Source of the DNA: Candidatus Melainabacteria bacterium
GTDB lineage: Bacteria; Cyanobacteriota; Vampirovibrionia; Vampirovibrionales; Vampirovibrionaceae
NCBI GenBank assembly: GCA_902168245.1
Contig: CABHPA010000026.1
Coordinates: 20,849-84,848, forward strand
Length of the DNA: 64,000 bases
Reading direction: 5' to 3'
This document shows positions 19,316 to 30,078 of the stretch, one piece after another. The translations under genes were made by a program, and so were the position numbers. Positions within the stretch are counted from its first letter, which is position 1. The number at the start of each line of letters is the position of its first letter. The notes under the pieces are model-generated. The model was not told the DNA's origin. It made no database searches and saw only the letters and a program-made list of their open reading frames with translations.

Positions 19316-19478
19316 ACCGACCCCTCACCACGCAATTTTATTCACCCCGGGTGTTGCGCCGCCGTACCGCCCAACGGCCATTCCGCGTCGCTCACCCACG
19401 GTCTAGTAGACTTCAGGCTAATTGGCCTCGGCTGCTTCAGCAGGTAATGTATAATTTAGCTAGTTTTTACATGATTAT

Positions 19479-21494
19479 TTGGAACCGTGCATGGGATTTT
19501 TAAAGCGCCTGATCCGCAATAAAGAGCTGGTTCTGCTTCTACTGGCAGGGCTTGCCTTGATTATGATTGTGGATACCGTGCTGGTGCAAGGCTTCCACAA
19601 GGACGAGCGCTACCGGGAAAAGCTGAACGCCGAACGGCTGGAAGCCCAGGTACAATCTTCGCTGGAGGAGCACGTCACGGCCCTGATCGCCCTGAAAGTG
19701 GTGTACCAGAACTTTACGGATATTAACCACTACGACTTCCAGCAGTACGGCAAGTCCATCACCTCCACGCTGCATGGCTTCCAGCGGCTCATGTACATCG
19801 ATCCCACCCTGACCATCCGCCAGGTGTACCCCAGCACCCCGGAAAACACCGGCCTGTATAATTATTCCCTTACCAAGCAGCCGGATATGGCGGCAACCCT
19901 GCTGCATGCCAAAAATTCGCCCAACCCCACCACCTCGCGGCTCATTCCCTTCCTGAACCATCCCCGCAGCTTCTGGGCGTTTATTCCCATCTACCGTAAC
20001 AATAACCGGGATTTCCTGGGCTTTGCGGCGGGCGAAATCTCGCTGGATAAAATCTGGCAACCGCTGGGCCAATCGTTTTCGCAGTACCAGATTCAACTGA
20101 TTGATCCCAAGCATGTGCGGCTGTTTGAACATGTGAACATTCCCAACAGCGGGCCGACGGTTTCCAACTTCACCATCAAGCTGCTGGGGCAGAACTGGAT
20201 TTTGCAGCTCAAGCCGGTCAACCCCGCCACGGAAACCCTGTTGCTGCAACGTGGCAGCCTGTGGATTGGCGGCATCCTGATTCTGGTGCTGATGACCATG
20301 ATTGTGATGAGCACCAAAAAACACAAAACCCAGTTGGATGAGGCGCAAAAGCAGTTCGAGACCATTTTTGAGGCGTCTCCCGACGGGATTTTACTGCTGG
20401 ACGACAAGCTGAACCTGCGCATTACCAACCCGGTGGTGCGGGAATGGCTGGGCAGAACCGATGAGGAACTGCGCAACAAGACCTTTTTCGAAATATTCGA
20501 GTGCCAATGCCCCAACCTTAAAAAATGCGGCGAACTATCGCACCTGCTCTGCACCAGCCGACAATTCGCCGTGGATTTGCCGGATGTGCTGGAAACCCGC
20601 ATTATTGACCCGCCCAACGAGAACACCCCAAAAACCTTGCGCCTCAACGCATCCAGCTTTAACCAGGAGCGCAACGGCGTGAAAGAGCAAGGCTTTATTT
20701 GCGTACTGGGCGATATTTCCACCAGCAAGGAGCTGGATCGGGTGAAAGAAACCTACGTGGCCACCCTCACACACGATCTTAAAACCCCGTTACTGGCGCA
20801 GCAAATGGTGCTGGACACCTTGGCCACAGGCTCCACCGGCCCCATTAACGAGGAACAAAAACGCTTGTTGCTGGGCGCCAAGGAAAGCGTACAGGATTTG
20901 CTGGACATGGTGAACAGCACCCTGCTGTTCTACAAGCTGGAAGCCTCCCACGTAACCCTGCACCGCCAGCGCATTCAACTGGGCAGCCTGGTAAAAGACG
21001 TGATCAACGGCTTGCAACCCCTGGCCGAGAAACGGGAAGTGGAACTGACCCTGGATGCCGCGCTGGATTTACCGGACGCCTGGATTGACGCCATCCAGAT
21101 GAAGCGGGTGCTTCACAACCTGGTATCCAACGCCATTAGCTATAGCAGGCGCGGAACGCCCATTCGCATTAGCCTGTACGCCGAAATGGAAGACAGCGCC
21201 GAAGGGCGTTTACGGATTGAAGTAAGCAACGAGGGCAAGGGGATTTCCGCCGAGGAGCTGCCCCGCATTTTTGATAAATACTATTCTATTTCCCGCAAGT
21301 TCAAGCAAATTGGCACCGGGCTGGGCCTGTACATTTCCAAGCGTATTGTGGAACTGCACGGCGGAAAAATATGGGCGGCCAGTGAACCCAACAAGAAAAC
21401 CAGTTTCTTTATTTCCTTGCCCATCGTGCAGCAGGCGGATAAATCCCAAAACACCCTCATTTCGACCGAGGAAGAAGCCCCGCTGTCCGTTTAA
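19479..21494 (+). CDS. Sensor histidine kinase (extracytoplasmic CHASE-like sensor, PAS, HisKA, HATPase_c)
   Basis: Two TM segments flank a periplasmic domain of about 230 aa. A PAS-like region follows. The H-box is THDLKTPLL, and N/G1/G2 boxes (GTGLGLYISKRIVELHGG) are present. Start is TTG 19479 or ATG 19491. Confidence 0.75.
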   Translation: MEPCMGFLKRLIRNKELVLLLLAGLALIMIVDTVLVQGFHKDERYREKLNAERLEAQVQSSLEEHVTALIALKVVYQNFTDINHYDFQQYGKSITSTLHGFQRLMYIDPTLTIRQVYPSTPENTGLYNYSLTKQPDMAATLLHAKNSPNPTTSRLIPFLNHPRSFWAFIPIYRNNNRDFLGFAAGEISLDKIWQPLGQSFSQYQIQLIDPKHVRLFEHVNIPNSGPTVSNFTIKLLGQNWILQLKPVNPATETLLLQRGSLWIGGILILVLMTMIVMSTKKHKTQLDEAQKQFETIFEASPDGILLLDDKLNLRITNPVVREWLGRTDEELRNKTFFEIFECQCPNLKKCGELSHLLCTSRQFAVDLPDVLETRIIDPPNENTPKTLRLNASSFNQERNGVKEQGFICVLGDISTSKELDRVKETYVATLTHDLKTPLLAQQMVLDTLATGSTGPINEEQKRLLLGAKESVQDLLDMVNSTLLFYKLEASHVTLHRQRIQLGSLVKDVINGLQPLAEKREVELTLDAALDLPDAWIDAIQMKRVLHNLVSNAISYSRRGTPIRISLYAEMEDSAEGRLRIEVSNEGKGISAEELPRIFDKYYSISRKFKQIGTGLGLYISKRIVELHGGKIWAASEPNKKTSFFISLPIVQQADKSQNTLISTEEEAPLSV

Positions 21495-21631
21495 CAAGCC
21501 GGTTTCCGTCAGCGTCTTGCGCTCTCAGGAAAGGCGCAGAGCTTTAGCTTCCGGGGAATGAGGAAACTTCGGCCCTGAACGCCATCCTGATAACGCAAGT
21601 GGAATGGACTTTCAACCCGTAAAGATAATGA

Positions 21632-22297
21632 CTACAGACTGGTCCGGCGATCGTTGCTTGTCGGCGGGGTTGCAATAACTCTGCTCGCAGAGGAAGGCGC
21701 CATACTAAGGCTACTTTCAGGCTCTTGCCAGTAAAACGCCTCAAGCTGCCGCCGAATAGCCGCATCATCAGGCGCGGCTTGCGTCAGGGAATTTCCCCTG
21801 GAGCGAAAGGGGTTCAGCAGCCTGTTGCCTAACCGCTTCCATTTCGATTCTCTCTGAGCCGGAGCGGGTTGAGCAGACGGTTGTTCCGGTAATGACCAGC
21901 GACGCTGCCCAGCATCATGCCGCATTGCTGGAGATGGGGTCGGAGATGGCCGGGATTGCCTGTTCCCGGAGAGGAACGACCAGACTCTATCCCGTTTCCG
22001 GGTGCGCTGGGAATTCAACGAAGCTGTATCCGTTTCGGACTCTTCCTCTACAGGAGGCACAGCGACTTTTTCTTCAAGATCGGAATCGTGGGCATTATCT
22101 GCCCAATACTGTGATGGAATGCCAAAGCTGTCATCACTGCCATCACTGTCAAAACTGCCAAAATGATGCCTGCCAGCAAAGCGCAACGCGGCGGAATCGC
22201 CCAAATTGTTTGGCGGGTTAAACTGGCCTTGGCGCTTCATGCGGGACGCATAGGCATTGGCGGGACTTGCCATGGGAGAGATAGAGGAAATAGTCAT
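21632..22297 (-). CDS. Hypothetical low-complexity (Ser/Pro/Arg/Asp-rich) protein
   Basis: The ATG at 22297 has AAGAAAGG 8 nt upstream. The protein has no recognisable motifs and is predicted disordered. It runs in the same direction as the upstream TPR gene. Confidence 0.4.
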   Translation of the reverse strand: MTISSISPMASPANAYASRMKRQGQFNPPNNLGDSAALRFAGRHHFGSFDSDGSDDSFGIPSQYWADNAHDSDLEEKVAVPPVEEESETDTASLNSQRTRKRDRVWSFLSGNRQSRPSPTPSPAMRHDAGQRRWSLPEQPSAQPAPAQRESKWKRLGNRLLNPFRSRGNSLTQAAPDDAAIRRQLEAFYWQEPESSLSMAPSSASRVIATPPTSNDRRTSL

Positions 22298-22558
22298 TGG
22301 ATAACCTTTCTTAACCCAGATGGACGCTGAGCTAAATCTATTGTGGTGACGAAAAGGGAAGATGGGGTGATATCACCCAGTTGCATGGTGTAGTGATGAT
22401 GGCCATACTAAGTAATTCATAAGCATGCCACTGAGTCAAGAAAATACCCACACCCTTCAATAAACAGCCATAAAACCCCTGAACGAATAGGCTTTCATAC
22501 GGTTACAAAAGTGTCCAATAGGCAGGAGAAACGCTTCAGGGAGAAAGCTGGCCCAATT

Positions 22559-24559
22559 TTAGTTATGGGAAAGCGCACGGGCCGTTTTGTCCGCCCGGCG
22601 AGACCAATACGCCCTGTCTTTGGGGGTGGGGGCGTATTGGGCGGCCAACCGCTGATGAAACAGCGCCAACCCCGGATGATGCCGTTTTTCCAGCGCATTG
22701 CCCAACAGGGCATGGGTCTGCCAATCGCCGCTGCCCAGTTTTAACACGTCGGTGGCGGCTTTTTGCCAGTAGGCGTCCGGAATTTTACGGGGCAACATGG
22801 ACAACGAAGCCAATTGCTCTTTTCGGCTCTGCTGATCCGCCAGGATCTGCCGCTTTAAAACCTTTCCCTCCTGGGAATCGGGATGCTCGGCCAATTCCTG
22901 CTCAACCACGACCAGGGCGCCTTCGTAATCGCCCAACCCGTACAATTGCCGGGCAATGGAAGCCTTGTCATCCAAGGTTTTTACGGTCTTCAACAGACGG
23001 TTCTGCAAGGCCGTATTCCCCTGTAAAAAAGCAATTTGCAGGACAACTGGCAAATCCTCCTCGCTGGGGGAAATATTCTCCGGCAATTTCGGCACCTGGG
23101 CCAGGGGATCCAGCAGCAACAGGTTTAACCGGCTGACAAGCCCCAAGTGGGGATCCTGCTGTCCGGCGACTGGCGACATACTGCTTTTTAAACTGGCCTG
23201 AAAAAACGCCCTGACCTGCTGCACGATGGGATCTTTCAACAAATCCCGGCGATCCAGCATACCGCGCCCCTTTTGGTATACCGCCTGGGAAAACAGGGAC
23301 ATGATCGCCTGCCGCTCATCCGGGTATTCAGCGCCATTTTCCAGCACCGGGCCAATCAGCGGCAAGGCTTCTTCATAGACTTCATTCCAGCGGCATTCAT
23401 CCGCAAGGCGATCCAGCAGCAATAACCCGTAAACAGCCTGGCCCGGCCTGTCCTTCAGCAGGGTTTTTAACAGCAAAATCCCCCGTTCGGTCTCATGCCG
23501 CTGATCATAAATTTTTAACAGCGAACCCACGGATTTCTCGTCCATCGGGTTTAGGGCAATGGCTTTTTCCAGCACGTCCTCGGCGTCTTCCGGCTTCATC
23601 TTCAGCTCATAAGACTGGCTGAGCAACTTCAGCGCCTCTGTGTGGTCGGGAACCAGCTCCAACAACTGCTTCAGGTTGATGATGGCGTCATCGATCTTGC
23701 CGGTGTCAAAGGAACCCTTGGCCAATAGCAGGAATACGTCCGGCTCGTGTGTGGTGGTTTTTTTGATGCCGTACAGGATTTGCAAGGCCTCTTCCGGCTT
23801 TTTCTGGGCCAGCAACAGTTCAGCTTCCGCCAGTTGCACCGACAAATTTGAGGGGGAAAGCTTTTTGGCCTTTTTAATCCATTGCTCGGCGTCTTTCAGT
23901 TGCCCGTTGGTCAGGGCCACCTCTCCCAAACCGGCCCATGCGTAAGACATACTGGGCGCCAGCAGGTTTGCCTGGCGAAACGCGGCGTCGGCCTGCTGCA
24001 AATCAGCCTCAAATCCGGCATTATCACCAACCTGCCTGTCATGGAGGGCTTTTTGGTAGTAAGTCCACCCTAAACCGTTGTAGGCCGATGCCCGGATGCT
24101 TTTGGAATGATTCTTTTCCAGAACACCCTGAAACTGACTGATGGACGCCTGGAAACTACCCTGTTCCCGTAAAATCCGCCCGCGCGTTATCTGCAACGAA
24201 ACATTTTTGGGCGCTTTGGCCAGGCGAGAGTCCACTACCCTCAGCGCATCGTAATAACGATGCTCATCCATCAGCACCAGCAGCGGATCTCTGGGCTTTG
24301 CGGGCTTTCCGACGGGGATGGTGCGAATAATCACCTGTTTGCTGCCTGGCACCTGCTGAATGATAATTTGCGGCTGAGGTTCCGGCGGGGCTTGCGCGGG
24401 CGTGGGCTTTTGATCGGAAGGCGGGGTAAAGCCCGGCGGGTAATATTTCCGGGCCGCATTGGCCAGCAAAACACTCTGGCCCAACAGGGCAAGGCCCAAA
24501 GCTAACGCAACAACGTTCCGGCTTCTCATCAACTGCTCCCGACTGAAATTAAACACCAT
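22559..24559 (-). CDS. Secreted/periplasmic TPR-repeat protein
   Basis: A signal peptide (VVALALGLALLGQSVLLANA) is followed by a Pro-rich linker and many TPR-like helical repeats. The likely true start is the internal ATG at 24529. Confidence 0.6.
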   Translation of the reverse strand: MVFNFSREQLMRSRNVVALALGLALLGQSVLLANAARKYYPPGFTPPSDQKPTPAQAPPEPQPQIIIQQVPGSKQVIIRTIPVGKPAKPRDPLLVLMDEHRYYDALRVVDSRLAKAPKNVSLQITRGRILREQGSFQASISQFQGVLEKNHSKSIRASAYNGLGWTYYQKALHDRQVGDNAGFEADLQQADAAFRQANLLAPSMSYAWAGLGEVALTNGQLKDAEQWIKKAKKLSPSNLSVQLAEAELLLAQKKPEEALQILYGIKKTTTHEPDVFLLLAKGSFDTGKIDDAIINLKQLLELVPDHTEALKLLSQSYELKMKPEDAEDVLEKAIALNPMDEKSVGSLLKIYDQRHETERGILLLKTLLKDRPGQAVYGLLLLDRLADECRWNEVYEEALPLIGPVLENGAEYPDERQAIMSLFSQAVYQKGRGMLDRRDLLKDPIVQQVRAFFQASLKSSMSPVAGQQDPHLGLVSRLNLLLLDPLAQVPKLPENISPSEEDLPVVLQIAFLQGNTALQNRLLKTVKTLDDKASIARQLYGLGDYEGALVVVEQELAEHPDSQEGKVLKRQILADQQSRKEQLASLSMLPRKIPDAYWQKAATDVLKLGSGDWQTHALLGNALEKRHHPGLALFHQRLAAQYAPTPKDRAYWSRRADKTARALSHN

Positions 24560-24691
24560 TCAACTTCTAACCAAAATGCGCCTTAAGGCTTACATATTAG
24601 CAAACATAGCCCTCGGTTGTATATGGCAACCGGATAAACGTATAATAGGGGAGCGTTTAATCTATCCACCCGTAATGTTTAACGCAATGAA

Positions 24692-25399
24692 ATGGCAGGC
24701 ATCCTTATGGAAACCACATCTTCAACCGAAACCTCCGTCATTAACCTGTTTATTGTCGAGGATTACCACCTGACCCGCATGGGCCTGATGGCCGTCCTGA
24801 GCGAATTCCCACAAGTCAAGTTCATCGGCGAGGCAGAATCCGCAGAGGAAGCCCTGAACAAACTGGCGAACGTTTCACCCGATATTTTGCTGCTGGATTT
24901 GGGATTGCCCGGCATGAACGGCATTGAAATGGCCCAGGAAGTCCGCCAACGCTGGCCGGAAATAAAAATCATCATTCTCACCTCCCACAACGAAGAACAG
25001 GAAGTCATCGCCGCGCTGGGCGCGGGCGCCCAGGCATACGTGCTGAAGGACGTGAAGCCCGAACGGCTGGTGCATGTGATTGAAACCGTACAAGACGGGG
25101 CCGTGTGGCTGGATCCGGCCATCGCCTCCATGGTGCTGACCCTGGTGAACGATCCCGGTTCCATCGCCCTGCAAAAACGCCAGGCCAACGCGGAAGCCAA
25201 CCCGGAATCCGAGCTGACAGACCGCGAACTGGAAGTGCTGCAACTGATCGTGGCGGGCCGCAGCAACCCGGAAATCGCCGAACAGCTTTGCATCAGTATC
25301 CACACCGCCAAGGCGCACGTGGGCAGCATTTTAAACAAGCTGTGCGTGAACGATCGCGTTCAGGCGGCGATCAAGGCGCTGAAGGAAAACATCGTCTAA
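24692..25399 (+). CDS. NarL/LuxR-family response regulator
   Basis: The receiver domain includes [14 protein letters not shown] and the phospho-acceptor D in [12 protein letters not shown]. The C-terminal LuxR HTH includes [25 protein letters not shown]. An alternative start is ATG 24707. Confidence 0.8.
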   Translation: MAGILMETTSSTETSVINLFIVEDYHLTRMGLMAVLSEFPQVKFIGEAESAEEALNKLANVSPDILLLDLGLPGMNGIEMAQEVRQRWPEIKIIILTSHNEEQEVIAALGAGAQAYVLKDVKPERLVHVIETVQDGAVWLDPAIASMVLTLVNDPGSIALQKRQANAEANPESELTDRELEVLQLIVAGRSNPEIAEQLCISIHTAKAHVGSILNKLCVNDRVQAAIKALKENIV

Positions 25400-25488
25400 T
25401 CTGGCGCCGTCCAGCTTTTCAGATGCGACAGGGAAAACCCTGTGGAGTCAATCTGTTTCATTTCATTTTGTTGAGGAGTCCCCAAACC

Positions 25489-25968
25489 ATGAAAAAAACC
25501 ACATGGAACACCATGCTCTGCCTGGGCTTAGCTACCAGCGCCTTGCTGCTGCTTAGCGCCTGCGAACCCAAAGCGGCCACCGCAACCGATGCAAGCACTC
25601 CGGCCAGCGCCGAGGAAACCGCCGCCGTCAAATCCGTCAGCGGCATTAAAATTGAGGACGTGCGCGAAGGGGACGGCAAAATCGCCCAAAAAGGCGACAC
25701 CGTTTCCGTGAATTACCTGGGAACCCTGGCCAGCAACGGGCAAAAGTTCGACAGCTCCTACGATCGCAACGAACCGTTCAGCTTTAAACTGGGTTCTGGC
25801 CAGGTGATTGAAGGCTGGGAAAAAGGCATTTTGGGCATGAAAGTAGGCGGCAAGCGAATTTTGACTATCCCGCCGGAAAAAGCCTACGGAGAAAGCGGCG
25901 CTCCCCCGGTCATCCCGCCGAACGCCACCCTGAAATTCGAAGTGGAACTGGTGGACGTGGAAGAATAG
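25489..25968 (+). CDS. FKBP-type peptidyl-prolyl cis-trans isomerase (lipoprotein)
   Basis: RBS is GAGGAG. The signal has a lipobox (LLLSAC). The FKBP domain includes [43 protein letters not shown]. Confidence 0.8.
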   Translation: MKKTTWNTMLCLGLATSALLLLSACEPKAATATDASTPASAEETAAVKSVSGIKIEDVREGDGKIAQKGDTVSVNYLGTLASNGQKFDSSYDRNEPFSFKLGSGQVIEGWEKGILGMKVGGKRILTIPPEKAYGESGAPPVIPPNATLKFEVELVDVEE

Positions 25969-26091
25969 GCTTAGTCGCCAGCCATTCCCCAACCTGTACA
26001 AAAGCCCGGCCTGTATAAATGCAGGCCGGGCTTTTGCCATGCGTATCCTGAACAAATCACAAAGCCTGTGCCGATATTGTGAAAGTTGCCG

Positions 26092-26919
26092 CTACTCGCT
26101 TTTATGCTGGCCGCCAGCTTGAGCCACCTGTTGGGGTTCCATAGCGCCAAAGGCGAAGAAGCTTGCCGGGTTCTTGCGAACCCCATCCATCAGCACCTCA
26201 AAATGTAAGTGCGGCCCGGTGGAATGCCCGGTGGAACCCACCTTGGCGATTTGCGCGCCCTGGCCCACCACTTGGCCCACTTTGGCCAGCAGCCTGGAGC
26301 AATGGGCATAGCGGGTTTGCATGCCTTTACCGTGATCAATCACCACGCTTTTACCGTAGCCCGGCTCCCAGCCGCTATGCGTAACCGTACCCGCAGCCAT
26401 GGCATAAATCGGCTCCCCTTGGGGGGCGGCAAAATCGATACCCTGGTGCTGGCGGCCCCATCGCTTACCGAAGGGGGAGGAAATATAGTCGTAATCCACC
26501 GGCAGCGGATGCATCAGATGCCCGATGGAGATGGGGGCCAGGCCAAAGTAGGCGAAACACTGACGTTGCAGCTTCATGGGCAACAGCGAAAACACGATGA
26601 ACAAGCCAGTTAAAACACTCAGCAGCCATTTTAAAGAGAAAGTCGGTCTTTTCCGCCTGATAAACGCCTGACGGCGGGCCTGTCGCTTTTGCCGCAAAAC
26701 ATCCGTATCCGCCGCATCCGCGCTTCTCAAAGGCAATTCCGCAAGATCCGCAGGCATATGGCGCCGGTAAGCTGACCCCATACCAAGCTCGGCGCCGCGT
26801 TCAGGGTACGCCGATTGGGGCCGCTCAAAAATCTCAAACGGGTTTGCCCCTGGCGAAAAACGATCCGGGGGGTGTTGGTTGATGGCGCGATGTTTTGTGG
26901 ATGTCGTTGGCATTTTCAC
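26092..26919 (-). CDS. M23-family metallopeptidase (LytM-like peptidoglycan hydrolase)
   Basis: Carries HQGIDFAAPQG (the HxxxD motif) and GSTGHSTGPHLHFEV (HxH). A TM segment lies in the N-terminal third. Confidence 0.7.
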   Translation of the reverse strand: MKMPTTSTKHRAINQHPPDRFSPGANPFEIFERPQSAYPERGAELGMGSAYRRHMPADLAELPLRSADAADTDVLRQKRQARRQAFIRRKRPTFSLKWLLSVLTGLFIVFSLLPMKLQRQCFAYFGLAPISIGHLMHPLPVDYDYISSPFGKRWGRQHQGIDFAAPQGEPIYAMAAGTVTHSGWEPGYGKSVVIDHGKGMQTRYAHCSRLLAKVGQVVGQGAQIAKVGSTGHSTGPHLHFEVLMDGVRKNPASFFAFGAMEPQQVAQAGGQHKSE

Positions 26920-27114
26920 CAGTAGTTATACCCAAAAAGCATTACAAGGCAAAACCGGGCCAATTTATAAAAGGCTGAAAAGCCTGCCTGTGAAGCTCGG
27001 CCATATGGCTAAACCTTTAAACACCCTTGCCCGTTGAAAATTGACCGGGATATCCGTTCGTGGCAGCTCAAGCAGACGACAGAAAGAGCCTGCAATAAAA
27101 AATACAAACGTTAT

Positions 27115-27145
27115 ATGTTGACAGATGAACCGATAACGTCAACAA
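27115..27145 (+). promoter_or_regulatory. Palindromic operator/promoter upstream of the TetR gene (TGTTGACAG-N13-ACGTCAACA)
   Basis: A near-perfect inverted repeat lies directly upstream of the TetR start. TTGACA (27117-27122) also forms a consensus -35, with AACAAT 17 nt downstream. The ATG is only about 8 nt after the putative -10, which may mean a leaderless transcript. Confidence 0.4.
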
Positions 27146-27152
27146 TTTATAT

Positions 27153-27797
27153 ATGCCCCGAAAGAAAGTCATCGTCGATCGCAGAAGCCGGATTGTGCAG
27201 GCCGCAGACAGCCTGTTCAACCACTATGGCTTTGAGAAAACCACCATGGAGGACATCTCCCGGGAATCCGGCGTACCCAGGGCCACTATTTACCTGGAGT
27301 TTCCCACCGGCAAGGAAGACGTCCTGATGGCCTGCATTGAACGCTATTTTGGGCAAATGCTGGCGGACATGCGGGAGATCGCCCGGCAATCCAAGGCAGG
27401 TCGCCTGGAAACGCTACGGCAAATCATTCTGCACAACATTATGGCCAATTACGATCATTCTCTGGAATTTCGCTATGCACCGGACAATATTGATCGATAC
27501 GGACGCCGGGTGCGGGCAGAAATGGGCAAGTTCTTTCAGGACAGGCTGGAATTCTACACGGACGTGCTGAAACAAGCGGCCATTGGCGAGGAAGTGCCGC
27601 TGGATTATGATCTGGCCCGGCTGGCTGAAATTATCACACATGGGGTCAGGGCGTTTATGCCGCCGTTTAGCCATCGTTTTTCCCGCGAGGAGTTGGAGCG
27701 GGAGGCCACCGCCTTCTTTTCGCTGCTGCTTTCCGGCGCGGCAAAACAAAATGGGCTTATCGGCCTCAGCAACTCAGAGATCGCCACCCGCCACTAG
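27153..27797 (+). CDS. TetR/AcrR-family transcriptional regulator
   Basis: N-terminal HTH region IVQAADSLFNHYGFEKTTMEDISRESGVPRATIYLEF. Confidence 0.8.
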   Translation: MPRKKVIVDRRSRIVQAADSLFNHYGFEKTTMEDISRESGVPRATIYLEFPTGKEDVLMACIERYFGQMLADMREIARQSKAGRLETLRQIILHNIMANYDHSLEFRYAPDNIDRYGRRVRAEMGKFFQDRLEFYTDVLKQAAIGEEVPLDYDLARLAEIITHGVRAFMPPFSHRFSREELEREATAFFSLLLSGAAKQNGLIGLSNSEIATRH

Positions 27798-28221
27798 GGT
27801 TTCAATCGTTTTAAAACACTAAAAAAAAGAACCCCCTGAGCCATTGGTTTGATCCAAATGGTGATGGTGGAGGTTCAGCGAATTGATTCAACCAACGTAA
27901 GTGAATACTATAAATCGGCCTCTTTTTTTCGTACCGGGCAAATATTCGGTTTTAAATACCAAATTTCCCAATTAGCATGCCTGCCACCCGCCCGGAACCT
28001 TGCCCATCAAATCAGTGTCAGCCCTTTTGTAGCAAGGCTTTGCTGCATTAAGCGCCTGCCAAGAGTGCCGAATCCATTGTTTCGACAATAGGATTAAGAA
28101 CCAGGCGGACAGGGTATTAAGGCATCAAAGGTATGAACCTGCTCGCATTCCACAGAAGATTGCCACACCATTTTTTCATCATGCTTTTAAATTGATATTC
28201 AACCCGTAGGAATCTCGCAGA

Positions 28222-28830
28222 ATGAGCCACGAACAAACGTTTAAGCGATGGTATGACAGGCAACCCAAACTCTCCCAGGCGTTCAAGCTGATTATTCTCT
28301 TGCCCGACGAGGTGCGAAGCATTATCAGCGAATCCCTGATGCTGATTGCCAACCGGGAATTCGAGTCCCAGGAGCAGGAGCGTTCTTTCCGCACGATTGG
28401 CGGCGAAAAGGTCATGGGCCTTCACAAATCCAAGAACAAACGCCGGGAGTACGACCAGAACGAGCTGCTTCACAAGGCCATGAACTATTTATATGTGCTA
28501 TCCGATGACAACCAGGACTTTATGGCGGATCACGTGCTGAAAATGGTGGCGTTCATACAAAAATATTTCGCCACCTGCCGGGAATTCAAGTCGGAACCCA
28601 CGCTAGAGGACGTGGCGACCGTGACCAACACTTACGTGGAAAAAGGCAGCGCGGAGGTCAACCGCTTCCTGAACAAGCTACGGGAAGAGTTTTACCTGAA
28701 GCTGGCGTCCCCAGACAAAGGCGTGAAAAAGCCCGTGGTGGACATTCTGGCCGATTTACCCGCTGGTTCGTCCAATACAACCACCCAGGAAGACGGCAAG
28801 GGCATGAAGGTCAAGAAACTGGAAATTTAG
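28222..28830 (+). CDS. Hypothetical protein (202 aa, charged/helical, no recognised motif)
   Basis: Open frame with genome-typical codon usage. It follows a 424-nt intergenic region. Confidence 0.45.
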   Translation: MSHEQTFKRWYDRQPKLSQAFKLIILLPDEVRSIISESLMLIANREFESQEQERSFRTIGGEKVMGLHKSKNKRREYDQNELLHKAMNYLYVLSDDNQDFMADHVLKMVAFIQKYFATCREFKSEPTLEDVATVTNTYVEKGSAEVNRFLNKLREEFYLKLASPDKGVKKPVVDILADLPAGSSNTTTQEDGKGMKVKKLEI

Positions 28831-28905
28831 TCGGGATGGCCGAAGACGCCCGATCAACCACTCCCGTATAATATTCAGCAAGAGAGTCACGGGACGGCCA
28901 GCCTT

Positions 28906-29418
28906 ATGCCTTCTTCACCTTCAGAAAATTCCCCGCCATTACAGACTTCCACCGCCAGGCAGGTCGGCCCGTTCAGCGTTCTGACAGGGTTTGCCCTTGC
29001 TTATAGTTGGATCATTGGGCATTTTCCAGCCTGGGAGAGGCTACATAACAGCCTGCTGAACGCGCTTTGCTTTCCGCTTACGAATTTTGGCCATGCCGTA
29101 TCCCAAACGAACACGCTGCACAGCGCTTCCCTTTGCCTGTTCAAAAACATGACACACTTGCCCTGCCTGTTTTGCGGCCTGACCCGCAGCTTTATACTCA
29201 TTGGCCAGGGCCAATGGGCGGAATCCTGGCATTATCATCCGATGGGGCTTCCCCTATATGGGTTAGCAATTCTTTTTGCTGGCTTGGGGCTAATAAAACC
29301 TAGCTGGGCGCAAAAGATGACGGGCCTTTTAAGCGCTCGCAACAGCTTGGCGCTTGCGTTAATATTATTTTCAGCCTGCTGGCTCTGGAAACTTGGACAA
29401 AGTCCCCGCTTCTGGTAG
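28906..29418 (+). CDS. DUF2752-like membrane protein (CxxCGxTR motif)
   Basis: Carries LPCLFCGLTRSF followed by hydrophobic helices. Confidence 0.5.
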   Translation: MPSSPSENSPPLQTSTARQVGPFSVLTGFALAYSWIIGHFPAWERLHNSLLNALCFPLTNFGHAVSQTNTLHSASLCLFKNMTHLPCLFCGLTRSFILIGQGQWAESWHYHPMGLPLYGLAILFAGLGLIKPSWAQKMTGLLSARNSLALALILFSACWLWKLGQSPRFW

Positions 29419-29619
29419 TCGTGGCGATCCCTTGACGGGCAGGGGGGATTTGCAATACATTACTGAGACTATCATGGGAAGACTATCCTCTAGATGCCCA
29501 TGCCAAGTTTAGCCGGACTTGTCCACCACTCCCCGAATTCCCCCAAGGTGAAACCCGTTCCAGTTCCGGTACCCAGGCAACATCCAGCATTGAAACCGAG
29601 ATAAAAAGGACCCCCGCAT

Positions 29620-29976
29620 ATGACCACCGAATTCATCAAAGAGATTGAAAAGGAATACCTGAAGTCGGATCTGCCCGATCTGAACCCTGGCGATACCGTC
29701 AAAGTCATGGTCCGTATCCGTGAAGGCAACAAAGAGCGTTTGCAGGGTTACGAAGGCGTCATCATTAAAATGGCAGGCGCTGGCGTCAGCAAAACCGTTA
29801 CCGTACGTCGCGTTTTCCAAGGCGTTGGCGTGGAGCGCGTGTTCCTGCTGCACTCCCCCAAAGTGGACAGCATTAAAGTGCTGCGTCGTGGCGATGTCCG
29901 TCGCGCCAAATTGTACTACCTGCGCACCCGTACTGGTAAAGCGGCCCGTATCCGCGAAAAAACCACCAATCGGTAG
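29620..29976 (+). CDS. rplS: 50S ribosomal protein L19
   Basis: 118 aa. RBS is AAAAAGGA. The sequence [85 protein letters not shown] is a clear L19 match. Confidence 0.9.
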   Translation: MTTEFIKEIEKEYLKSDLPDLNPGDTVKVMVRIREGNKERLQGYEGVIIKMAGAGVSKTVTVRRVFQGVGVERVFLLHSPKVDSIKVLRRGDVRRAKLYYLRTRTGKAARIREKTTNR

Positions 29977-29993
29977 AACGCAGCCCAGGCTTA

Positions 29994-30031
29994 AAAAAGA
30001 ACGAAGAGGCAGACTCTTCGTTCTTTTTATT
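29994..30031 (+). terminator. Intrinsic terminator after rplS
   Basis: The GAACGAAGAG stem with a GCAGA loop and CTCTTCGTTC complement is followed by TTTTTATTT. Confidence 0.6.
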
Positions 30032-30078
30032 TAAAATTAATTCTCTTTCCCACCCATGCCTTGCGAGATTTCAACCCC

